This document shows, one piece after another, positions 1-12,471 of a stretch of DNA of 64,000 nucleotides. The translations under genes and the position numbers were made by a program. The notes beneath the pieces were generated by a model. It saw nothing but the letters and a program-made list of their open reading frames with translations, was not told where the DNA came from and did not search any database. Where the stretch lies: positions 434,001 to 498,000 of the forward strand of contig JBODTK010000107.1 of assembly GCA_050613775.1 (NCBI GenBank), written 5' to 3'. The DNA comes from Neocallimastix sp. 'constans'. Taxonomy: Eukaryota. Each line of letters opens with the position of its first letter. The first letter of the stretch is position 1.

Positions 1-7
1 ATTGTAT

Positions 8-43
<36 letters not shown>

Positions 44-61
44 AATCTAATATTTCCAAAG

Positions 62-1502
62 ATTCATATTGATGTACCAAGAACAAATCCAGATATACCA
101 CTATATCAAAATCCAATTATTCAAGAAGTAATAATTTTTTTATAATAAAATTTTGAAAAAATATTAGAATTAAAATATTAATCATTTTTAAATTTATAAA
201 TTAATAAAAAAAAAAAAATAGTCATTAGAAAAAATATTATATTGCTGGGCTATACAGCATCCTACTATTGGATATGTACAAGGAATTAATGATTTAATTA
301 CCCCTTTCTATCATGTTTTTTTATCAAAATATATACGTGAGTTATAAAAATCAATAAAGAAATGCATTTATTATTATAATTAATTAAGTCTTCTAATTTT
401 ATTAATTGTATTTTTTATTAATAAATTATAGCTCTAAAAAGTATTAGTAGATTTGATTTTTATAGTTTTCCGAAAGAACAATTAACGATTGTTGAAGCTG
501 ATTCATTTTGGTGTTTAACTATTTTATTAGATGAAATTCAAGTAAATATTAATTGAGTTGAGTTATAATATATAATATAGAATGTTAAAAATAAAAATTA
601 AAAATAATAATAATACAATTATAAGGCATATTAAAACCTACCAATATCATTAATAATTTTATATTTATTTTTTTTCTAATAATAGGATAATTATATACAT
701 GCACAACCAGGAATTGTACGTCAAGTAGAAAAAATGAATGAATTGACTAACCGTATTGATGGTAAATAGAAAATTAATAATTATATATATATATAATTAA
801 TATACCTTAATTGTAATAAAATTTTTTAAAATTAAACGATATATTTGTATTTTTATATAATACTAATATAATTTACTTTAAATGTTAGAACCATTATATA
901 ATCATTTAAAGGAAGAAAATGTTAATTTCTTACAGTTTGCGTTTAGATGGATGAACTGTTTACTTATGAGAGAAATTTCATTACCAAATATTATAAGAAT
1001 GTGGGATACCTATCTTGTATGTTTAACAAATATTCCTTTTTTATTTTTAATATTATCATCATTAATAATATTAATATTATTATTATTGTATTAGTAGTAG
1101 TAGTAGAAATCATTACAAATATATTATTTATTTTATATAATATTTATATATATTAATTAATTAATTATTTTATTTAATTATTTATTTTGATTTAATCTAA
1201 AATATTTATGATTTGAAAAAAAAAATCATTCATTAATAAACTATTTATATAATTAGTGTGAAGCTAATGGTTTTTCAGAATTTCATACTTATGTTTGTGC
1301 AGCCTTATTAGAAAAATGGTCAAAGGAATTAATCACACAAGAATTTCAAAACATAATTATATTTTTACAACATATACCTACAAAGAATTGGACAGATAAT
1401 GATATTGAACTTCTGTTATCAGAAGCATATATGTATAAATCATTGTTTCATGATTCACCAAATCATTTAAATCATATTACATGCACTAAAATAAAAATAT
1501 AG
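62..1502 (+). CDS. GYP1: TBC-domain Rab GTPase-activating protein (Gyp1/TBC1D22 type), 3' portion, multi-exon; 5' end lies outside the window
   Basis: Exons between GT-AG introns translate to IHIDVPRTNP (IxxDxxR arginine finger, 62-127), LYCWAIQHPTIGYVQGINDL (YxQ motif, from 222), VEADSFWCL, DNYIHAQPGI, FLQFAFRWMNCLLMRE and FHTYVCAALL...LLLSEAY. Stop TAG at 1500-1502. Confidence 0.92.
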
Positions 1503-2154
1503 TATTTAAAAATTGAACATATTAAAAAGATAAAATATTAATTAACTAAATAAATAAGTGAAAAAAAAATTTTTTTTAAAAAAAAAAAATAAATAAGAAA
1601 CACTGATAAACAAAATAAAATTATCAAGTAAAAAAAAAAAAAAAAATCAACATAAATATATTTTAATATACGATAATCACAAATCATATTATATTAATTA
1701 AAAATTATTAATCATTCTAATTATTTTAATAGTAATTTTAAAAATATAATTTTTTTTATTAATATTTTATTTTCACAAGAAACATTAGACTATATAATAA
1801 TATATTAATAAATATAACAAGATTCTTTTTATTATTATTATTATTATTATTAGTTTATATTATTTTATTTATTAAAAATAATGATAATAATAAAATAAAT
1901 AAAAAAGAAAAGGAAAATACTAATTATAATAATAATAATAAATTAAATTAAAAAAGAAAAAAAAAAGTTTTTGTTACGCATTTTATCTCCTTTATAACTA
2001 TTTTAATTATTATTCTAACAAAAAATAATACTAATAATAATAATGAACATATTATACTATAAATCTTTATATGACATACCAACTGTTATTAATAATAACA
2101 AAAAAAAAAAAAAAAAAAAAAAAAGTTAATAGTAAAATAAATAATAAATAAAAA

Positions 2155-2191
<37 letters not shown>

Positions 2192-3019
2192 TACCTTTTT
2201 ATTAAAACTGTTAATGAAGTTTTTCTACTTTATTAAATTAAATATTATTAATTATGTAGTATTTATTTTATTCTAAATTTATTTAAATTTATTAAAACCA
2301 AATTAAGAGTTTATTTAACAAATTATAACAAAAATACTAAAAGTTTAAAACATATCATTATTAGTACATTTTCTTTACTTTAATAAAATATTAAATAGTA
2401 TAAATATAGCAGTAAAAAAAATTATTTTATATTAAAATAGTAAAATAATAATAGAATTTAAAATATTACTTATTAAAATTTTTATATTAATGATTTTATT
2501 TATTTTTATTTTATTTTGTTTTATTTTATTTTTTGGTATTAATATATAAATATATATTCTTTATTCTTCGTTAATTCTAATTAATAAATAAATAATTTCA
2601 ATAGTACCTATTAAAATTAACGAATTATTAAATTCTTAAAAAAAAAAATTTCAAATTTCAAATTAAAAGACAAATATTAATATATTTAATACATAAAGCT
2701 AGCATTAACAGTGTAAATATATTTGTTATTATTTTTTTACTTATTATATCATATTTTTATTTTATTTAGTTATATTAATATTTAAAAAAATTGTACATTA
2801 TTTGAAAAATTGTAATATTAGCATAAAAGTATGACTACGTACTGAATTGCTAAATACCTCTAATAAAGATAGGTTGCCCCAATTATTAAAGATTAATGAA
2901 CCTCAATAATATTTACTGGTCCATTTTTTTTAAGGAAAATAAATTAAAGCTATTGAAATTTGACTGAAAAATACGGAAGTATACAATTTATAATAATTTA
3001 TTAAAGTAACAAAATAATA

Positions 3020-3092
3020 ATAATAGTAGTAATAATAATAATAGTAAAAATTATAATAGTAATAATTAATAATAATAATAATAGTAACAATT

Positions 3093-3167
<75 letters not shown>
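3020..3167. repeat. (AAT)n microsatellite
   Basis: Imperfect then perfect AAT run ending immediately before the ATG at 3168. Confidence 0.9.
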
Positions 3168-3171
<4 letters not shown>

Positions 3172-5984
3172 AATATATTGAAGAAAATTCATTCATAACT
3201 TCCTCGGAAAGATTATCATCATTATCAATCAATCTTAATTGTGAAAATGTTGATAATTACCTTGAACAATTTAATAAATATGAAAAACTTTGCAAATTAA
3301 TCAAGAAAACTAAGAGTAAATTTCGTTCTGCTAGATTTAAGGCTAATATAGTAAAAATAGGTAATTATTTTTTGAATAAAGATTTCAAAAATGGTTGGAG
3401 ATGTTTAAAGAAAATGGCTAAACCATCATATTCATCTACCTCCCTTACTTGCATTAAATCTAAGTTTGGTCAAGATATTATCTCTCCTTCAAAGCAATTA
3501 GATAGATGGGCTGAATATTATAAAGATCTTGCTTCGGATCCCTCAGGTCACAGCCTTAATCGTAATTACTGGAATCATGCTTTAAGGAATATTAGTCTTA
3601 GATCCACTACCTGGAATATAAATGGTCCTATTACGATTGAAGATATTAAAAAAACTATTTCATCGATGAAAAATAACAAAGCACCCGGCCCCGATGGTAT
3701 TCCGATTGAATTCTACAAAGCTCTTTTTTGTAACGAAGAATTACTAGAATCACATCCTGCTGCTGGAAAGTGTCTAAAATTGATATTTAATAAAATATGG
3801 AATGGGTCATTTCCTAAAAAATGGAACTCAGCTTCTATTGTATCAATTCCTAAGAAGGGTGACCTATCAGATTGTAGTAATTATCGAGGTATTTCTCTCA
3901 TTAACGTTGGACTAAAAATCATTTCAAAAATTATAACAGATAGAATATCTACTTACGCACTCTCACACAATTTCATTAGACCTGAACAATTTGGATTTCG
4001 CAACCGCGAAGAATGCATTAGTTTATTCATTTCCGTTAGAGAAATTTGTCAAAGAAGAAAATTCCAAGGAAAATTCACATATTTAGCTTTTTTAGATCTT
4101 AAAAAAGCTTATGATTCAGTTCCTATTTTTAACATTCTTACTAAATTATATCACTATGGAGTACGCGGTAAATGTTTTGATTTTCTTTGTAATTTATATA
4201 CTTCATCTAAAGCACGTGCTCGATTTGCTTCAATGTTATCAAATGAATTTCCTATTAAAAGAGGTGTTCGTCAAGGTTGTCCTTTATCTCCAATCTTATT
4301 CAATTTATTCATCAATGATATACTAAATGACTGTGAAAAGTATGGTGTTAATGTTGGAAGAAAAAAGTGTTGTGGTGGACTCTTTGCTGATGATGTTGTT
4401 CTCATTGCTCCAAGTGCAAAAAATTTAGAAAAATTATTAAAAAAGGTACATAAATGGGCTAATTTAAATGAAATGACTTTTGGTATTGAAAAGTGTGCAA
4501 CTATGGTTATAAAACCAATGAACTTCCAACCTCCTCCAAACTATAGTGATCCAACCTTCTATTTAGGAAAGAATGATATTCCTAAAGTTTCTAGTTATGT
4601 CTATCTTGGTATTCCTTTTTCAGATGATCTCCTACTAGAACACATTATATCTCACATGCATTTTAAAGTTAGAAAATCCCTTCTTTCATTTACACGTTTC
4701 TTTTCAAATAAACTTATTCCTATTGTATACAAGAAAAAAGTTCTTCAATCCTTTGTTATTAGTAAAGTAATTTATTATTCTCCTTTACTTGGTTCAAACA
4801 AATCTAGAACGGCTAGAATTCAAACATTAATTAATACTGGTCTATTTTGGTGTATCGGTTCCTTCTCTAAAAATGGTAAAACAAATACAGAAAACAATGA
4901 CTATATTAGACATAATTCAACAATGAGTACTTATGCTTTATCTCGAGATCTAAGCATCCCTCCTATTGCTGGTATCTGCGCAGCCTTACAGATTAAATCA
5001 TTTGCAAAATGGAGTAAATCAAACTGTATCATAAAGGATCTTATTAAATCTATTCCCAAAATGCCTTATTATTCCTGGACTAAAGAATCTAGAACACTAT
5101 ATAAAAAAATCAAAAAATATAAATGTGTAAAATATGACGATATTATAGAACGTTACTGGAAATCAGTTTCCAGATTTCAAGGTATTAAAGGTCAAAACTA
5201 CGATAGTAACAAGTTCTCAAACAATAAAGCTATAATAATGCTTAGCTTAAAATATCCCCAATTCAACTTAGGATTTTCGTGGATTATACGTTTACGCTGT
5301 GGTTATAAATACAATACTACTATTGCTATTAGAATGGGTAGAGTTTCAGAAGATTGTCCAAAGTCCTGCCCATGTTGTGGTGAAGGTAATCAATCTTTTG
5401 AACATTGGATTTTTAAATGCGATGCTCTTGCATCTTTTAGATGGAATTCTTTAAATTTCATCGATGATCTCTATGTTTTATTCCTTAGGAAGATTAGAGC
5501 GTTTAATCCTCTTTCTTCCTATGACTCTATTTCTGATTTTGAAGATTATATCAATCATTATATATACTTGTTCCTTCTTGGTGGGACTTTAGTTTTAAAT
5601 GAACTACATTTCGATAGTGGGGAACAGAGACATTTAAATGAACTACTTTTCAAAGGTTCATCTGAGTCACCTGTTCCAAAAATTGTGGGCTTGGCGGAAT
5701 TCTTAACAAATGCAATACCTATCATAAGTAGTTCGTTTGAGCTATTATTTGATAGGTATTGCAAAATATCAAACTTAACCAAGAGCGTCGACGTCGTACT
5801 GATAAGGCATAATGAAAATACAGGATTATCATCTATTACTACGAAGGGTGATTCTCGCCCTAGTAGCTCAATAAATGATGAATCCGGGGAGAGTTTAGTG
5901 GACACCACACTATCTATTTTAAGGATGTTACTTCTAAATTTTATTTCTTTTTTATTTGATAGGAAGGGTAAAATTCCCGCATAG
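3168..5984 (+). CDS. LINE ORF2 remnant: reverse transcriptase plus C-terminal CCHC zinc knuckle, no endonuclease domain; first 24 codons come from flanking DNA and the TSD
   Basis: Non-LTR RT motifs KAPGPDG, IPKKGD..NYRGISL, QFGFR, LDLKKAYD, GVRQGCPLSP, LFADD, YLGI; zinc knuckle CPCCG..EHWIFKC; no stops or frameshifts over 938 aa. Confidence 0.93.
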
Positions 5985-6139
5985 TACAACTTGCCGAAAT
6001 ACATAGTATTTTCGAGCTTTTTTATTTTTTTATTTTTTATTTTTAATTTTTTATTTTTAATTTCTAATGTACTTTTCACCTATATGTATTTTTTAAAATA
6101 AAATTTAATAAAGTTTTTGGAAGTGTATTCTCTTCCCTG

Positions 6140-6205
<66 letters not shown>
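3240..6205 (+). mobile_element. 5'-truncated non-LTR retrotransposon (LINE) with poly-A tail and 16-bp target-site duplication
   Basis: ATCAATCAATCTTAAT at 3224-3239 and 6206-6221; poly-A 6143-6205 preceded by AATAAA; RT ORF inside. Confidence 0.95.
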
Positions 6206-6209
<4 letters not shown>

Positions 6210-6257
6210 ATCAATCTTAATCTGATATTTGTTTGGATAGTGAAATGATACTTTCAA

Positions 6258-6547
<290 letters not shown>

Positions 6548-8399
6548 TTGTTTTAATTCCAATTGTTATAAGAATCTTAATAAAAATTGAACTTTAAATA
6601 TTTCAAGTCAATATTTTTACTACAGGTAATTAATAATTTAATAATATTATTTTTAATATTAATTTAACTATATATATATAAATATTTTATAAATAAATTA
6701 TAAATTTATATATAATAATTAAAAAATAAAATTACTGAAAAAAAATAATAATAAAAGTTACAAATCCAGGACTGTAATTATATTAAAAAATGTATAAGAT
6801 ATAGTACAACAATAAATAATACCATATTAAATATATTATTGTTTCATGAAATTAAATATGCCATGATACAAAATAAATTAAAAAAAAAAAAAAACCTAAA
6901 ATGATTATTTTGTTGCAATTTCTTATTATAAGAAAAATAAATAAAATATTACAATAATTATAATAAAGAATATTATATTAATTCTGTATCATACCATTTT
7001 TAATTATGGTAATTATTTTATCAATAAATGAATAAATAAAAAATCGTTTTTTTTTTTATTAAAAAAATTACAACACATTCTATAGTGATAATTATATTTC
7101 GGTTTTGAAAGAAAGTTAATCTTATTTTATGAAATAGTTTGTTTTAAAACTGTTTATTTGGATAAAAATATTTTTCAATTTTTATAATAGAAAATACTAT
7201 GGTATAAAATATTGAAAAAAAAAAAATATAGTCATTTTTATTAATTTTATTTTTTTTTTCTCAGATATAATATATATGTATATTTTTTTTATTTTTGTTA
7301 TATGTATAACATTTTTAAAAAGATATATAGAATATATGTAGTAAAATGAACAAATAAATTCTAAATTATTAATATATATTTTCTATACAAAAAACCTTAG
7401 ATTATTAAAAAATAAATTGATAAATAAATATATAATAAATAAATAATAAATAAATAAATAATAAATAAATAAATAATAATTAAAAATTTTATATTTAATA
7501 TTTTATTTATGTAATATATAAAAAAAAATTATCAAATTAATCAAAATAAAATAACAATTGTTATTTTTTCTTTAGAAGAATCTAGTGTATATTTTTACAA
7601 TCTACAGTGGATCTATTAGCAAATTTAATGCGCTATAAATGTTTAGCTTATCGATTAAAATCACATTACTATTATTAATAATAATAGGTAGTTATTATAT
7701 ATAACTAAGTTTATAAATTAGTTTAAACTGAAAAAAAAAAAAAGAAGAAATCATAATACATAATTATTGGGTATAACAAAAATTTATGGCACTGCTAAAT
7801 TTAAATAAGAATTATCTAAAATTTTATTTAAATTATTATATATTATATTTTATAATTCATATTTATTAATTTATATTTTATAATTTGCTCATACATAGTT
7901 TAGTAGTAAATTTTTTACAAAGTATTATTTTTTTTTATATTCACAGAAATAATCTTTATTTAATTAAATTTTTAAATTGAATTACAATCATAGAATATTC
8001 TTACAGGAACGGAATTTAAATTAATAATTAAATAATACATTTCTTAGTGAAGAAATGTACATTTTGAAAAACCTATAAATACATCAAAAAAGGTCTATAT
8101 TTTTAGTTCTTTGAAAAAAAAATTAAGTAAAAAAAGAAAAGAAAAAAACGTCAATAATAAATATTAATATTAATTTAATATTTATTTCTATAATAATATT
8201 TAAGTTTTAAATTTATAATTTTAGTTTATTTATAAATATATTATATAAAAAATTTATATTTATTATAAAAAAAAACTAAAATCAGTGTATAATTTTTGTC
8301 TAATATTATAAGCAATATTATATAAACAATAAAAAAGTTAGCAAAAGTTATAAAGAAAGAAAATAATAATACTAATAATATAAATAAAATTAAATCAAA

Positions 8400-9462
8400 A
8401 TGGTAAAAATTCAAACTAGTGCTTTATTAAAAACCACTTTATTTTGGTTAAATTGTAATTTTGTCTTTGGTCAAAATCCATTTATGAATTCTGGATCAGC
8501 AACTGAGAATAATATCAATATAAACAAGTAAATATACATAAATATATAACAATATATTTAATTGTATTTTCATAATTATGAATATAATATAATAAAACGT
8601 ACTTTAAATAAAAAATATATATATGTATATTATACACATATTAATAATTTATTTTAAAAAAATTATAATTATTATTATAAATTTTAATAAATAAAGAAGT
8701 GAATGCCAAACTATAATGGACTGTTCACTAGGAGCTTTAGAATGTAGAAAGGATATTATGAATGAAAGCATCTCTCATTGTATTTATCCTGATAACCTTA
8801 ATGAAGTTTCATTTAATAATATTAAAATTCCAGTAAATAATACAGAAAATGAATTACTAAATCTTGGTAATACTACCATCACTACCAATACTACTACCAT
8901 TGAATGCACTAAGAATGAAGAATGTACATCCAACAAATGCGTTTCAGGTCAATGTCAAATTGAATTAAATCCATTTTTTATTAATAGTACAGTGTTAAAC
9001 GATGATATTATTTCAAATAATAATACTATATCCTTAAATTGTACCACTAATGAAGAATGTCCTTCACACAGTTGTGTATCAGGCCAATGTCAAACGAATT
9101 TAGAACATGCTGTTCTTGACATTTGCAATACTGATCAAGCTGATAGTATATGCGGTAATAAATTAGAAGGTGAAAAATGTAAAAAGGATTCTGAATGTAT
9201 GACTTCATTCTGTGACCAAACAACCAATGTTTGTAAAAAGAAGAGTAATAATAATAATAATAATAATAAAATGTCACCTGCTGCTTCTATTATTATAATT
9301 ACTACAGGAGTATGCGTTGGTTTTGTTTTGGTTGTGTTACTTATCAAGAAAGACCGTGCAGAAAGGGCGAAGAAAGTAAAAGAACAATATATGGAAAATG
9401 TACATGAACCAATGTATATCATATATTCTGATGATTATGATGTACCAACCTATACCTATTAG
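8400..9462 (+). CDS. Cys-rich single-pass (type I) membrane protein; exons 8400-8527 and 8697-9462
   Basis: Signal-peptide-like start MVKIQTSALLKTTLFWLNCNFVFG; in-phase GT-AG intron 8528-8696; repeated CTxNEECxSxxCVSGQCQ modules; hydrophobic IIIITTGVCVGFVLVVLLI followed by KKDR; Tyr-rich tail. Confidence 0.8.
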
Positions 9463-10199
9463 TTCTTTTTTTTTTTTTTCATATATTGTAATTAAATTTT
9501 TTTTTCTTATCGTATTGCCTTTTATCCTTTTTTTTAAACGTTTTGATCACTTTTTTTTTATTTATAAATTGTTTATTTAATATATAAAAAGAGATTTTAT
9601 AAATATCCTTTTTTTTTTTTTTTTTTATTTTATTTATACTTATTTGAACCTACAATGTTCATAAATAAACAGCAACAAAATAATTATAACAATAAAAAAA
9701 AAAAAAAAATTAATAATTTGTAAAAATAAAATAAGAATTAAATTAACTTTATTATTTATCTATTGCTTTTATGTTTATTATTTTTTATTGACATTGATTT
9801 AATTCATAAAAAATAGTTATAAGCAAAGAAATAAAAATAAAATAATGAAGATTAATAATAAATGTTTTATTTTTTATAAATTTATATCATGTATACATAC
9901 ATTTCCGTATGTCTTTCCTTAAAAAAAAAAAAAAAGAAAATGTATAAATATTATAAATAAAAAAGACAATTTTAATAATTAAATATAACATGAAATATAT
10001 CAATCTTTTTAAAAAAGCACTAATAGAAAAAAAAAATAAAAAAAAAAAAATAAAAATGAAAATTAAAAAAAAAATTATAAATATATATTTTTTATGTTAT
10101 CAAGTATTAATAATTTATTTAAATTTTTAATTATAAGTGTTTTATTACATAAGAAATATAATGTTTAATAAATAATTAAATATATATTAAGGTAGTAAC

Positions 10200-10620
10200 G
10201 ATAAAAAAATCAAGGATTTTTATTGGAAAAGAGAAATGAAAATCAAGAGCAAGAAGAGGATATAGATTATATGATAGAATTGCTAAAGCTGCAAAAATAA
10301 TAGATCAAATGTGCCCTAATTTTTGTCCCTGTTGTAAAAGTAATAAACAGCAGATAAGGTATTGGTTAATTGATTGTTCATTTTTCAATCATATTCGTAG
10401 TAAAGTTAATGATAAAATTTTATTTTTATATAATGCTTTTAACCGTGGCATTATTATACTTCAGTATAATAATGCCCTTGTGAAGTCTTACTAATATTAA
10501 TTAAATGAAACTAGAATACATTATACCACTATTTTTTGTTTATTCTTTTATCTTTTTTTCTTTTAATTACATGTATTTTATTAAATATTTAATTAATAAA
10601 GATGAAACAAGTTTGCTGCC

Positions 10621-10706
<86 letters not shown>

Positions 10707-11165
10707 GGAACAAAGACAATTAGTTGACAATATTTTTAAATAAAGTTCAATTTCATCGACTGTTCCGTATTTTGTGAGGATTGCGGAGTTTCTAACAACG
10801 TAATGCCATTAATTTGTAGATCTTTTACATTGGTGATAAAATGGTATTCTGTTGAATCTATTGAATCTACCGTTGCTAAGAGCGTCGACGTCGAAATGAT
10901 AAGGCATGGATTTTCACCTCTCGGTGAAAGATCTGATACAGATTCGGTTAATAACACTATACTGAAATTATTACTCGCAATAATGGACGTAGTGTTATCA
11001 TCGATGAATGAGAAAAGTTAGAAACTATTGCTTCTAACACACTTTTATAATTATATCATATATAATATTTCATTTCATGTATTTTATTTGTTATTTTTCT
11101 TCATTTAAATCATGTAATTTTATTATTATTATTATATATAAGTTATTCTCTATGTTTAAAATAAA
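10200..11165 (+). mobile_element. Degenerate 3' fragment of a related LINE, interrupted at about 10490-10706
   Basis: Decayed zinc knuckle CPNFCPCCKS...WLIDC; AKSVDVEMIRH matches TKSVDVVLIRH of the intact ORF; 28/30 nt identity 10878-10907 vs 5781-5810; ends in AGTTATTCTCT plus A-rich tail. Confidence 0.85.
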
Positions 11166-12471
11166 AATTAAAAAAAAATCTTTTATATACTAAAGTTCAT
11201 AATAATTGAGGCTGTAACAAAAAAAGAACAAAAAAAATAAATAAAAAAAAAGAAATAAAAATAAAGAATAAAAAAAAAATTTTTTTTATAAAATTCTCTT
11301 TAGAGATGTCAATTTCTTATTAAAACTGAAAATATTCCTATCTCCTATAAACGAATTTTATTTTCAGTTATAATAATTGGAGAAATTCCGTATTATATGC
11401 TTTTACTTGGATCAAATAAAGAGAGAACAAGATGTATACAGTCACTAGTTAATTCAGGATTAAAGGCTTTTCTAATGGGAATAGCTTTACATCCCTTTAT
11501 TGTGTTTTTTAAGAACTTCACATTCCACCTCTTTTGGTGAAATGTGTAATTGCTCAGGTAAGGTGCTTTAAAAAATGAAAAAACTTGAATTGTATTATCT
11601 CTGTTTTACATAGATATATATAACGTTGTAAACGTCATGAATGGAATAAAGAAAGTAAAATTTTAGCAGACAAATTAGATAAATTTCCATTAAAAAATGC
11701 AATTATAATCTTTTACTAAGATAGAGATATTGCAGGAAAATCAATCAATGCTATAAAAAAGACTTTTAACATTTTAAATCATATTTTTCATTAAATAAAT
11801 AAAAAAAATTAAACTTATATATATTTTATTTCATATATATTTTTTAAAATATTTACTTATTTTATAAATTTTTTTTTTTTTTTATTGTATATTTTCTATT
11901 TTTATTAATATTTTTTTATTTAATTATTTATTTCTTTATTTCTTTTTTTTTTTTTTTTAATTTTAATTTTTATAAATTAATTATATTATTAGAATATTAT
12001 TATATTAATTTATATGTATACTTTTTTTAAATTATTATTATTTTCTTTTTTCATATAATTACATTGTTTAAATATTTTCTATTTCCTTCTTTTAAATTAT
12101 TATTATTATTATTATTATATATTTTTTATTTCGTTATTATTTCATTATTTTTTTTTCTCATTTTTACTTTTGATTAGAAAAATAAATCAATATATTAATA
12201 TAACACAAATAAACATAAATTAAGAATTTATAATTTATGTGAAAAAACAGAATATAATAGAAATAACATTTTACTTTTAACTTCATTCGTTTTGTTAATT
12301 ATTTTTATAATTTAAAGAAGAAAATTAATAATGAACTTTTAAATATTTATATAATTTATTATAATATAATGAAAAATTCTATTACAAATATTATTTACTA
12401 ATATTATTTATTTTTAATTTATATATATATATTTTTTTTTCTTTATTTTTTTCTTTATGCTTTAACTGTAT

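Noticed and set aside
2930..3232. 100-aa minus-strand ORF
   Set aside because: Mostly poly-Ile/Tyr read from the (AAT)n microsatellite.
5795..5820. CTGATAAG...GAAA as a hammerhead core in the intact LINE
   Set aside because: CUGAUAA lacks G8, there is no stem II, and it is not conserved in the other copies.
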